From assembly GCA_036395115.1 (NCBI GenBank), contig DASWDU010000001.1, forward strand, positions 558-64,557: a stretch of 64,000 nt of DNA, written 5' to 3'. Of this stretch, positions 7,258-16,217 are shown piece by piece (position 1 is the stretch's first letter; every line of letters starts with the position of its first letter). The notes beneath the pieces were generated by a model that saw nothing but the letters and a program-made list of their open reading frames with translations, made no database searches and was not told the DNA's origin. Origin of the DNA: Thermoplasmata archaeon (GTDB lineage Archaea; Thermoplasmatota; Thermoplasmata; RBG-16-68-12). The translations under genes and the position numbers were made by a program.

Positions 7258-9258
7258 CTACATCGTCAGGGGAGCTAGGCGAGACAGCCCCGGATGCGCG
7301 ACGAGGTATCCCGTCTGGAGGTACCAGGCGAGCTGCGGCTCGAGGTCCCCGAACTCGTCCCGCAGGCCGTCCCATTCCCGGAGGACGGGTCCCCACGCCT
7401 CCTCGATCGCCCCCAAGAACTCGGACATCCGCCGGTTCAGGTCGTCCGGCGCGGCGCCCTCGTAGACGAGCGCAAAGAACAGGAACGCGCCCTTGTCGAT
7501 GGCGACCTCGCTCCGGTCCACGGTCATGCGCTTCAGGTCCCCCGGACCGCTCGATCCTCCGAAGGAATCGCGGACGAACCGCGCGACCAGCGTGAACATC
7601 CCGGAGGCGGCGAGCTCGTCTTGCACGGCCCCTATCTCACCGCCCGCCCTCGCAACGAGCCGCCCATCCCCGTGGATCAGGTAGAGGTCCGTCGGCCGGA
7701 ACGGTTTCGTCCGCAACCGCCGAACGAGAAGCCACGCGATTGGTACGGCGACCAGGGCGAACAAGAGCCACGGGTACATCCCGGACAACCACAGAATTTC
7801 GGCCGACACGGAATAGCGGAGGGTGAAGGCGACAAGAGTCGGCGTGAGCGCGGTGTCCGGCGTCGTGAGCGTCGCTCGGAGCCGCACGGGCTTCGTGAGC
7901 GCTCCAGACAGGTTCGCGCCGATGGCCGCCGCAGTCCACGACGCCCCGCCGTCCTGCGAATACGCGAACGAGACGGACGCGCCCGGCGGCCCGCTCCAGT
8001 TGGCCTGGAGGCGACCCCATCCCAGGAGCCCGACGGGGTCGAGGGACGCCGTCAACACCCGTCCCAGGGTCGCGAACTGACCATAGCCGATCGTCAGGTC
8101 GTGAAGGGACGGCGAGAGCGTGTTCGAGGTGAAAAGCTGAACGCGGTACTCGATGTACCGCGCGGGCGGCGAGGCGATCGGGCGTCCGGGACCGAGGTAG
8201 GCGGCGGACCACGCGCTCCACGATCCGTCGGGCGCCGGGCTCGCGCCCGACCGGGTCCGGACCTCGATTCCCGTGCCGGAAGGCACCGTCGCGGTCCACG
8301 TGATCGTCTCCCACGCCCCCCCGCTCCCGGTGTCGAAGACGCGGGACTCCAGGGCGCCGAGGGAGCTCGGCATGGCGTACGTGATCGTGAGGAACGGCCG
8401 GGCGGACGCGTTCGCCGCATCGGAGCTCCAGAACATCTTGTGCCCGCGGATGACGCTCGCGCCGTCGTCCGCCTGGCGGACCAGGAGGCCGTAGTTCGGC
8501 GCGCGGCCCGTCCACCAGTCGACCGCGGCGCGGGTGACGTCCCAGGTGTACCAGCCGGGCACCGTCCCGACCGCAGGCACGAGGTCCAGATCGGTCGGGT
8601 TGAAGTCCCCGCCGGCCGCCGTCCAGTCGAGCACGCCGTCGCGGACGCCCCACGTCGAGCCGTACTCCGTCCAGTTGTTCGTGATCGCGTGCACGCTGAC
8701 CGACATCGAGTTCGCCCTGTCAGAGGCGTACAGGTAGAGGAAGAGGTCAACCGTGAGGAGGGTCGCGTTCGCGGGGATCGGGAACGTCGGGAATTGGAGG
8801 ATCGCCCGGCTCCAGTTCGATTTGCTCGTGAACCCGAGTTTCAGGGTGTCGTTCGCGCCGAAGTTCGTGTTGGCGAAGCTGCCCGTCGCGATGTAGGTGT
8901 CGACCATCGAGGCAGGACCGGGCTGGAACGCCGTGCTCAGCGGGGGGCCGAGCCGCGACGTGTCCGCGATGAGGACGTCCCCTGGGCTGGCCGTGACATC
9001 GACGTTCGACCGCGCCAGCGCGAGCCCGAAATCCGCCGCGGTCGTGTCCGCGAACGTCCGGGAGAGCCAAGCGAGGCTCGCCCCGGAGGCTCCGATCGTC
9101 GCGTTCACGAGGCCGTAGTCGGACGGGTTCGAGAACGCCCACTCCGCTTGCTGCTCGCCCGCCGCCGAGGCCGTGACCGCGGGGTCCGCCGAAACTACCG
9201 CGGGGGCGACGAGGATCCCGAGGATCAGGGCGACGACCACGACCCGGAAACGGGTCAT
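7258..9258 (-). CDS. Single-pass surface receptor-like protein. Domain order is signal peptide, beta-sandwich ectodomains, TM segment, then a cytoplasmic Roadblock/LC7-like domain.
   Basis: Signal peptide MTRFRVVVVALILGILVAPAVVSA. The ectodomain includes LLTVDLFLYLYASDRANSMSVSVHAITNNWTEYGSTWG (DNRLRE/CBM-like pattern). The TM segment is YPWLLFALVAVPIAWLLV. The tail reads DLYLIHGDGRLVARAGGE..DELAASGMFTLVARFVRDSF..MTVDRSEVAIDKGAFLFFALVYEG. The ATG lies about 30 nt from TATA-like CCTTTACG (9283-9290). Confidence 0.85.
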   Translation of the reverse strand: MTRFRVVVVALILGILVAPAVVSADPAVTASAAGEQQAEWAFSNPSDYGLVNATIGASGASLAWLSRTFADTTAADFGLALARSNVDVTASPGDVLIADTSRLGPPLSTAFQPGPASMVDTYIATGSFANTNFGANDTLKLGFTSKSNWSRAILQFPTFPIPANATLLTVDLFLYLYASDRANSMSVSVHAITNNWTEYGSTWGVRDGVLDWTAAGGDFNPTDLDLVPAVGTVPGWYTWDVTRAAVDWWTGRAPNYGLLVRQADDGASVIRGHKMFWSSDAANASARPFLTITYAMPSSLGALESRVFDTGSGGAWETITWTATVPSGTGIEVRTRSGASPAPDGSWSAWSAAYLGPGRPIASPPARYIEYRVQLFTSNTLSPSLHDLTIGYGQFATLGRVLTASLDPVGLLGWGRLQANWSGPPGASVSFAYSQDGGASWTAAAIGANLSGALTKPVRLRATLTTPDTALTPTLVAFTLRYSVSAEILWLSGMYPWLLFALVAVPIAWLLVRRLRTKPFRPTDLYLIHGDGRLVARAGGEIGAVQDELAASGMFTLVARFVRDSFGGSSGPGDLKRMTVDRSEVAIDKGAFLFFALVYEGAAPDDLNRRMSEFLGAIEEAWGPVLREWDGLRDEFGDLEPQLAWYLQTGYLVAHPGLSRLAPLTM

Positions 9259-9341
9259 GGAAGCTTAGGGACCGGCCGCCCACGTAAAGGTTCCCGGGTC
9301 GTTATCAGACGCCCGAATTCTCACACCCTTCAAACTGGCCT

Positions 9342-9357
9342 GGTTAACATGTTAACC
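9342..9357. promoter_or_regulatory. Perfect 16-bp palindrome GGTTAACATGTTAACC in a divergent intergenic region (candidate operator)
   Basis: Read directly from the sequence. It equals its own reverse complement. It lies between the receptor gene start (9258, minus strand) and the SWIM-like gene (plus strand). Confidence 0.5.
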
Positions 9358-9478
9358 GGGGGACCTTGCGGTTCTCAGGCCGGCGGGGGTGGCCGAGGAG
9401 GCGGAGGCGCAGGATAGCTCGTCTCGCGGCGGAGGACTGCATCGAACGTTTATCCCGACGCACCGCGTACCCGCGTCG

Positions 9479-10123
9479 ATGGTCCGCGCGGTCAAGCCAA
9501 GCCGCAAGCGCGACGGACGTCTCGGCCCGCCCCAGGGCTATCCGAAGGACCTCGAGAAGTACGCGGACCCCGCGAACTGGAAGTACCCCGTGCACACGCC
9601 GTTCCACGCGCGCGCCGCGCGGCGGTACTTCAACGAGCCTCGCAACCGTGCGAAGTACACGCCGGAGGAGCAGGCGTACATCGACAAGAAGATCAACGAG
9701 GCGCTCGAGCGGTTCGGGGTCGCGGTGAAGATCCGAGGCGGAACGATCGAGGACGAGGCGGGCACGATCCAAGCCGACGTTCCGATGAACAAAGACATCG
9801 ACAAGATGACGTTCGACGACCTGCTGCTCGTCTTCCTCGGGAAGAACCGCCTCGCTTCCGCGCGGGGGATCGACCCCGGGGCCGCCTCGGTCGACAAGGA
9901 GACCGAGACGTTCCTCGCCGGCACGGTGAAGGAGTACTCGGTCCTGATTGACCGGCAACGGCGGCTCGTCGAGCACGATTGTGTGGACTTCAAGACGAAT
10001 CGCGCGGTGGGCCGGCTCTTCTGCAAGCATCTCGGAGCGTTCCTCATGCAGGCGGACCGGACGCGGGCGACGCGCCTCCTGCGTGAGCTATTGCGGGAGA
10101 GGGACCACTGGACATTCGCGTGA
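9479..10123 (+). CDS. Hypothetical protein with a C-terminal SWIM-like zinc-finger motif
   Basis: ORF 9389..10123 (GTG). ATG 9479 (MVRAVKPSRKRDG) is preferred. The C-terminus reads VEHDCVDFKTNRAVGRLFCKHLGAFL, which resembles the C..C-x-H part of SWIM fingers. The function is unknown. Confidence 0.55.
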   Translation: MVRAVKPSRKRDGRLGPPQGYPKDLEKYADPANWKYPVHTPFHARAARRYFNEPRNRAKYTPEEQAYIDKKINEALERFGVAVKIRGGTIEDEAGTIQADVPMNKDIDKMTFDDLLLVFLGKNRLASARGIDPGAASVDKETETFLAGTVKEYSVLIDRQRRLVEHDCVDFKTNRAVGRLFCKHLGAFLMQADRTRATRLLRELLRERDHWTFA

Positions 10124-10462
10124 GCGCGGCCGGCGCGCTCTGACATCCTCGTCGTCGTTTATCGAGGAGATGATCCCCCGGGGGAATCCATCCGACGCAA
10201 CGGTACGGCTGCCCTACGAAAATGAGCAGGTTTCTGTCAACGACGACTCTTGCACCCGAACGCCACACATGACGTTTCCGAGCGACCGCATCGCAGGCAG
10301 AACCATTCGTCCTTTCCAACGTCCATCATATCTCGCCGGCCGCATTTGCACCAATCGGGACTCGGCGATTGGGGAGTCAACCCTGCGCTCGCATGAGGAA
10401 ACGAGGTCCCATATTAGTCACAATCACGGATTGACGAATGGCCGCGGTTGGGCCCGGCCGCC

Positions 10463-13400
10463 TCACAGCCGGCTGAAGTCCGCCTCACGGTCCTTCCTCC
10501 TCGCCTCGCGTTCGGCCGCCGTCGAGAGCGGTGCGGCGCACCCGGGACACGCCCCTCCCGAGTCGACACAAGCCTTGCAAAGCCATGCGCCGCACACATG
10601 ACGCTGGACGCCGGGGGCGCGATGAGGCGAGCAGTTCGGTGGGAGACCGCCACCATCGATTTTCCCGGCGGACCTCGGCGACTCCGGCCTCCTTGAGACC
10701 GGGGTCGGCTCCGGGTCTCCTTCGCCCTTTTCTTCCGTGAGCGCCTCGCCCCTCGGCTTCTTGCGCTTCGATTCGGGCGCATGCCTCGTCGAGATCTTGT
10801 AGCCACCGCCCTCGAAGATCTTCAGGGAGACCTCGAGCTTCTTCGCCTCGAACGGTCCGAGGTGGAGTTCCTTCGCGAGATCGACGAGGTTCCACTCCTC
10901 TTTCGGGAGGTCCATCGCCTGCCGGATCAGGTCGTCGTTGTGCCACTCCGGGGTCGGCTCGAGCGGCGCCTCGCGCACCCAGTCGATGTAGCCCCAGATC
11001 GTGCGGGCTTCGTCCAGGTCGACGTGCGGCAGCACGGTCGTCACGTCCGCGAGCCGGATCCGGTCCAGATTCGCCGCGTTCTCCACGTTGCGCAAGACCG
11101 CGGCGCCGACGGCCTCGTACTTCCGGAGCGCCTCCGGCTCGATTCGGTCCGGGGCGAGCGGCGCGGGTTCGTTCACGTACCGGATGACCTCATCGAGGAG
11201 CTCGAGGGGCACGGAACAATACTTGAAGATCTCGTCACGCGTCGCGGGCCGCTTCAGGTGCGCCTCGAACCGGACGACCGCCTCGGCGAAGCCCTCGACC
11301 GTCGCGGCGTGGATGCGCTCCTCGGCGCGCCGCCTCCCGTCCGCCGCCGGCTCGTACGCCGGATCGAGGGCGAGTCCCGCGTCGAAGCACTTGAGCGCGT
11401 CGTCGAAGCGGCGAACGTGCAAAAGGGCGAGCCCCTTGCTCGTCCACGTCGCCTTGTCCCGCGCGTCCAGCCGCAGCGCCTCGTCGTACGCGGATGCGGC
11501 GGCGTCGTACCGGCCCGCCCGTTCGTCCGCGAGGCCGAGGGTGGTCCACAGGGCCTTGTCGTCCCTCCGCGATTCCGTCGCGCGGGCGAGCGCGTCCGCC
11601 GCGTCCGGGTACCGCTCCAACGTCAGGAGGACGAGGCCCCGTCCGCGCCACGCCGCGCCGTGCGACTCGTCCGCGTCGATCGCCGCGTCGAACGCCGCGA
11701 GCGCCTCGGTCGGCTTGTCGAGGGCCTGATACGCCTCGCCTCTCCACGTGAGCACGGCCGCGTCCGCCGGATGGGCCCTCAGCACGAAGTCGAGGCAGGG
11801 GATCGCCTCGGCGGCCCGGCCCGTCCGCAGGAAGCACACCCCTTTCGTGCGATAGGCGTCGTAGTTGTTCGGATCCTTCCCGAAGACGATCGTCACGAGC
11901 GACAGCGCGTCGTCGAAGTGAGACTCCGCGGCGAGGCACATCGCCTTTCCGTTCAGGAACTCGAGGTTCTCGGGATCCAGGAGGAGGCCGTCGTCGAAGG
12001 TCCGAAGCGCGTCCACGACCCGGCCGGCGTCGAACAAGAGGCGGCCCCTGGCGGCCAGCGCGGTGCGGTCGCCGGGGTTCAGGGAGAGGGTGCGGTCGTA
12101 CGCCTCGAGCGCCTCGGCCTTTCGGCCGGCGCGGACGAGCAACGCGCCTTTCGCGTTCCAGGTGCGGCGGTCCATCGGGTCCACGCGGGCGGCGCCGTCC
12201 AACTCCTCGAGAGCCGCGTCGAGCTTCCCGAGGCGCTCCAGGGCGACGGCCCGTTCGCGTCTCGCGTCCAGGTCGCGCGGGTCGATCTCGAGCAACCGCT
12301 CGCCGGCCTCTGCGGCCGCCTTGAACGAGCCTTGGGACGCCAGGAGGTCCCGCTTGGCCCGCAGCAGGTCCGCCCGGTCCGGCGCGAGGCCGACCGCCTT
12401 CCCGATCGCGACGAGCGCGTCCTTTCCCTGGCCGATGGCGCTCGCGTACCGCGCGCGCCGCGCCCACGCCTCGACGTCCTTCGGGTCCGCGACGGTCAGC
12501 CGACCGCTCGCGTCGAACGCCTCCTTCGTGCGGCCGAGCCCCTCGAGGGCGGCGCAGAGGCCCGTGAGTGCGGCCTTGTCCTTCGCGTCTGCCGCGACGA
12601 CCGTCTCGTAGATCGGCACGGCCTCCTCGTACCGGTGCAACTCGAGGAGACACGATCCCTGCTTCAGCAAGGCGGGCGTCATCGCCTTGTCCCGGAGCGC
12701 TGCCTGTCCGTACGCGTTCGCGGCCTCGTCGTATCGCTTGAGCCACTGGAGCGCGGTGCCTTTCCCGAGCCACGCCTTCGCGCTGTTCGGTTCGAGGGCG
12801 AGGGTGCGGTCGAACACCGCGACGGCCTGCTCGTACCGCGTCGCGCCTTCGAGCGACACCCCGAGCAGGTACCATCCCTTCGGATCCGCGGGCGCGTAGC
12901 GGGTCGCGCGGTCCAGGGAGTCGACCGCATCCGCGTAGGCCTTGAGCCAATACTGAATCCGGCCTTTCTCGAGCCACAGGTTCGCGGACGCGGGGTCGGC
13001 CTCGATCGCGGCGTCGTACGCCCGGAGGGCATCCTCGTACCGGCTCAGGTGGGAAAGCAACGCGGCCTTCCGCGCCGCGGCCCCGGGGGCGCGCGGATCG
13101 AGACGCAACGCCGCCTCGTAAGCGCCGAGCGCCGCCTCGGGTTCCGAGAGCCCTTCGTGGGCCTCGCCCTTCGCGACCCACGTGGATCGGTCGGATGGGT
13201 CTTTCGCCAGGATCAGGTCGCACGCGCGGAGGAGCGCCTTCGGGTCCTTCGAGAACCGCAGGGCGTCTCGCTGTCCGCGGATCGCGTCGAGGTCGTCGGG
13301 CGCGACGACGTGCAGCTGCTCGAACGTCGCGTACGCCCTGTCCGACTGGCCGAGGGCGAGCTGCGCCCGGCCTTTGTCCCGCAGGGCGCGGAGATGGTGA

Positions 13401-14689
13401 GGCTGCAGCGCCAGGATCGCGTCGCAGGCGGCCACGAGGTCCGCCCACCGCTCCGACGCGAGGAGCAGCTGGCGCTTCGCCTCGAGCCCGTCGTAGGAGC
13501 GGGGCTCGACCGCCAAGAACGCGTCGAAGGCGGCGAGCGCCTCCTCCCGCCGGTTCAGCTGGAGCAACGCGTGCGCCTTCGCAAAGAGCGCGGGGCCATG
13601 TCGCGGGTCAAGGGAGACGACCTTGCCGGCCTCCTGCACGACCTCGTCCCACCGGGCCAAGGCGCGCAACGCCTCCAAGCGACCGATGTGGGGCGCGAGG
13701 GCCTTCGGGGTGAGGGCGATCGCCCGATCGTACGAGCCGACCGCATCGACGTTTCGCCCGATTTTCCGGAGCAACTCGGCCCGGACGAGCCACGCGACCG
13801 CATCCCCGTCCCGGAGCCGAACCGCCTCGTCGTACGAGCGCAATGCCTCCTCGTTCTGGTGCGATGCCGCGAGGACGTCGCCTCGGAGCCGCCACGCGTC
13901 CGGGTCGTAGCCGTCGAGCTGGATCACGCGGTCGAGGCAACGCAACGCCCGCTGCGGGTCCTGCGCGCGGACGTACGCGAGGGCCTTGCCCTCGAGGGCT
14001 CCCTTGCACGCCGAGTCGACGCGAAGCGCACGGTCGTAGGCGGACTGAGCCTCCTCGATCTCGTCCCTCCGCCGGTGGGCCTCGCCTTTCCTGAGCCAGA
14101 GATCGACGTCCTCCGGCACGAGCGCGAGGACGCGCGCGTATCCATCCGTGTCGTCCGGGTCGAGATTCACGACCTGGATGTACGCCCGGATCGCCTCCGG
14201 ACGCTGGTCCAGGGAGGCGTGGGCGTTCCCTTTCCGAGCCCAGACGCCTTTCGCCGTCGGCTTCGCGCGCAGGGCGGCGTCGTAGTACGGGATCGCATCC
14301 GCCGGGCGGCCCGCCGCGACGAGGAGGTCTCCCTGCACGGCGATCGCGCGGACGTTCGCGTGGTCGCACTGGAGCGCCTCCGTCGCTGCCGCCTGGGCGG
14401 GCTCGACGTGGCCGACCGCGAGGAGGCCCGCCCCGACCCGTGCGCACGCCTCGGCCCATTCCTCCGGGCGTTCGATCGGCGCGGTCCGCGCCTCCAGTAG
14501 GCCGAGCGCCTTGAGATACGCGTTCGCCGCGCGGCCTTCCGCGCCCGCATTGAGCGACGCGCCGCCGGATTCGACGAGCCGGCGGACCTTTTCGAGGGTG
14601 CGACCTTCGCGATCCAGGAAGCCTTCGAGGAGAGCCATCCCTGTCATCCCATCCCGCGCACGCGGCCCGCTGGGGGTCGCGTCGGACAA
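10463..14689 (-). CDS. Giant TPR-repeat protein (1408 aa) with a C-terminal Cys/His-rich zinc-finger tail
   Basis: About 1,100 aa of 34-residue repeats of the form W..(K/R)G.A......Y.EA...YD.AL..DP. The tail reads C-x2-H-x7-H-x-C-x4-C-x2-C-x6-C-x2-C (NCSPHRAPGVQRHVCGAWLCKACVDSGGACPGC). TATA-like CTTATAGATAT lies about 30 nt upstream of the ATG. Confidence 0.9.
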   Translation of the reverse strand: MSDATPSGPRARDGMTGMALLEGFLDREGRTLEKVRRLVESGGASLNAGAEGRAANAYLKALGLLEARTAPIERPEEWAEACARVGAGLLAVGHVEPAQAAATEALQCDHANVRAIAVQGDLLVAAGRPADAIPYYDAALRAKPTAKGVWARKGNAHASLDQRPEAIRAYIQVVNLDPDDTDGYARVLALVPEDVDLWLRKGEAHRRRDEIEEAQSAYDRALRVDSACKGALEGKALAYVRAQDPQRALRCLDRVIQLDGYDPDAWRLRGDVLAASHQNEEALRSYDEAVRLRDGDAVAWLVRAELLRKIGRNVDAVGSYDRAIALTPKALAPHIGRLEALRALARWDEVVQEAGKVVSLDPRHGPALFAKAHALLQLNRREEALAAFDAFLAVEPRSYDGLEAKRQLLLASERWADLVAACDAILALQPHHLRALRDKGRAQLALGQSDRAYATFEQLHVVAPDDLDAIRGQRDALRFSKDPKALLRACDLILAKDPSDRSTWVAKGEAHEGLSEPEAALGAYEAALRLDPRAPGAAARKAALLSHLSRYEDALRAYDAAIEADPASANLWLEKGRIQYWLKAYADAVDSLDRATRYAPADPKGWYLLGVSLEGATRYEQAVAVFDRTLALEPNSAKAWLGKGTALQWLKRYDEAANAYGQAALRDKAMTPALLKQGSCLLELHRYEEAVPIYETVVAADAKDKAALTGLCAALEGLGRTKEAFDASGRLTVADPKDVEAWARRARYASAIGQGKDALVAIGKAVGLAPDRADLLRAKRDLLASQGSFKAAAEAGERLLEIDPRDLDARRERAVALERLGKLDAALEELDGAARVDPMDRRTWNAKGALLVRAGRKAEALEAYDRTLSLNPGDRTALAARGRLLFDAGRVVDALRTFDDGLLLDPENLEFLNGKAMCLAAESHFDDALSLVTIVFGKDPNNYDAYRTKGVCFLRTGRAAEAIPCLDFVLRAHPADAAVLTWRGEAYQALDKPTEALAAFDAAIDADESHGAAWRGRGLVLLTLERYPDAADALARATESRRDDKALWTTLGLADERAGRYDAAASAYDEALRLDARDKATWTSKGLALLHVRRFDDALKCFDAGLALDPAYEPAADGRRRAEERIHAATVEGFAEAVVRFEAHLKRPATRDEIFKYCSVPLELLDEVIRYVNEPAPLAPDRIEPEALRKYEAVGAAVLRNVENAANLDRIRLADVTTVLPHVDLDEARTIWGYIDWVREAPLEPTPEWHNDDLIRQAMDLPKEEWNLVDLAKELHLGPFEAKKLEVSLKIFEGGGYKISTRHAPESKRKKPRGEALTEEKGEGDPEPTPVSRRPESPRSAGKIDGGGLPPNCSPHRAPGVQRHVCGAWLCKACVDSGGACPGCAAPLSTAAEREARRKDREADFSRL

Positions 14690-14835
14690 CTGGCCGACAT
14701 GCAGGCTGGATGACTTATAGATATCGCCAACGGGCTCCGCATGTGGACAATCACCTTGGGGCGAATCAGCGAAGCTATGGTGCCGATGCCGCTAAATACC
14801 GGGGAGCCGATTCACGACGGACAATCGTCGGACGG

Positions 14836-15072
14836 ATGGGACGAATGACCAAGGGCGATTCAGGGGCCGCGGATCCGGTGCGGCTCCGTAGAGAGACGCG
14901 AGAGTGGCTGACGACGCGCACCATCCCGAACGTGCGCGAAGTCGCGAGGGACCTCGGGAACGCGGGCGAGGACGTGCACGACCTCCTCGCCGCGATTGAC
15001 GAGCTGGAGTCGCTCGTCCGCGGGAAGCCGATCAAGTCGCCCGGGCGTGCGACGGCGAAACGGCATCCGTAA
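14836..15072 (+). CDS. Small hypothetical protein
   Basis: ORF 14710..15072. The internal ATG 14836 (MGRMTKGDSG...) is preceded by TATA-like GCTAAATACC about 40 nt upstream. No recognisable domain. Confidence 0.35.
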   Translation: MGRMTKGDSGAADPVRLRRETREWLTTRTIPNVREVARDLGNAGEDVHDLLAAIDELESLVRGKPIKSPGRATAKRHP

Positions 15073-15228
15073 GGCGTGCAGGGACCGAGATTTGGACGTA
15101 CGTCTTGGCTAGACAGCCTCCGACAGGCGAACGCAAAGTCGACCGAGGACCGAGGAGACTGTAGATCGGCCGAGAGCGGCGTTGGCAGGAAAGGCCTCAA
15201 GTATCGAAGGCGAGTGTCCCCGAACCGA

Positions 15229-15299
15229 GCGTGGGTAGTCTAGCGGTAGGACACCGGCCTTCCAAGCCTGAGACGCGGGTTCGACTCCCGCCCCACGCA
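15229..15299 (+). tRNA. tRNA-Gly (anticodon UCC)
   Basis: GCGTGGG TA GTCT AGCGGTA GGAC A CCGGC CTTCCAA GCCTG AGAC GCGGG TTCGACT CCCGC CCCACGC A. There is one C-U mismatch in the anticodon stem. Length is 71 nt with no encoded CCA. Confidence 0.85.
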
Positions 15300-15679
15300 C
15301 TGGACCTGGGCCAGAAAAAGAAGGCGACCGGCGGAGTCGTGGAGGCGACCCTCTCCGCCGATCTGTGGGATGGATGGGTGATCGTTAGCCGTCGTCGTCG
15401 GACGCATCGAAGTCGAGCGAGCATCCGTACGAGGCGTAGACGTCTTGCCAGCTGTGGTCTTCTCCCGACTGCATGTCGTTCATCGGGGCCATGATCGCTG
15501 CGCTTTGCACGAACGTCCGAAGAGATGGCGAGTATAAAGCAAGGAAGGGAGGGGAGGTCCGCGAAAGTACTCGGCTGGAGGTGTGAAAGTACTGTCAGGC
15601 CCGCCGTCCGTATGGGATCATTCGTCCGCACCACAAAGCACATCCCCGCACCTCGGGTTGGTCCCTTCGGTGCCTTTCG

Positions 15680-15916
15680 ATGGATCGCCTCTGGTCGGAT
15701 CCAAAGGACCGGCTGCTGGTCGTCCTCGCGCTCATCGCGCTCGTCATCTTCCTTGGTTGGTACTCGTTCAGCGTTGCGATTGCGTTGCTCCGCATCCCGC
15801 TCACGGGCGATTCCACTCTCTATTTCATCGCATCCGTCTGGATCTCGGGGACGAGCGGCACCGCGCTCCTGCTCCTCCTCGGTGTGGGAATCCAGACGCA
15901 CCGCCCCGGACCGTAA
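15680..15916 (+). CDS. Small hypothetical membrane protein
   Basis: 78-aa ORF with two clear hydrophobic helices (LLVVLALIALVIFLGWYSFSVAIALL, LYFIASVWISGTSGTALLLLLGV). Confidence 0.4.
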   Translation: MDRLWSDPKDRLLVVLALIALVIFLGWYSFSVAIALLRIPLTGDSTLYFIASVWISGTSGTALLLLLGVGIQTHRPGP

Positions 15917-15934
15917 GGCCTGTTCCTCGGGTTC

Positions 15935-16177
15935 GTGATCGCGGAGCTCCTCGCGTCGGCGATTGGGATTGGCGCGGGGACCTGGTTCTATTGGTCCTTG
16001 CGCAATGGCCCCGGCTCATTGATCGAGATGGCACAATTATTAGCCAGCCTCGAAGGCGTCGCCGCCGGAGCCCACGTCGTCGCCGTGTTTCTCTTGCTCC
16101 TCATCGTCCTCGCGGGGCGGACGGCGGCGCCTCCGTTGCCAGTGAGTCTGGCGCCTCCCGCCCCGCCAAGCTCGTGA
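15935..16177 (+). CDS. Small hypothetical membrane protein
   Basis: 80-aa ORF with two hydrophobic helices and a Pro-rich tail. Confidence 0.4.
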   Translation: MIAELLASAIGIGAGTWFYWSLRNGPGSLIEMAQLLASLEGVAAGAHVVAVFLLLLIVLAGRTAAPPLPVSLAPPAPPSS

Positions 16178-16217
16178 CACGCCTCACCGCGTCGTCGGGC
16201 GCTCACGTCTGATTAGC

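Noticed and set aside
15385-15492. 35-aa acidic micro-ORF (MAPMNDMQSGEDHSWQDVYASYGCSLDFDASDDDG) downstream of tRNA-Gly
   Set aside because: It is too short, with no motif and no promoter or SD signal that I could see.
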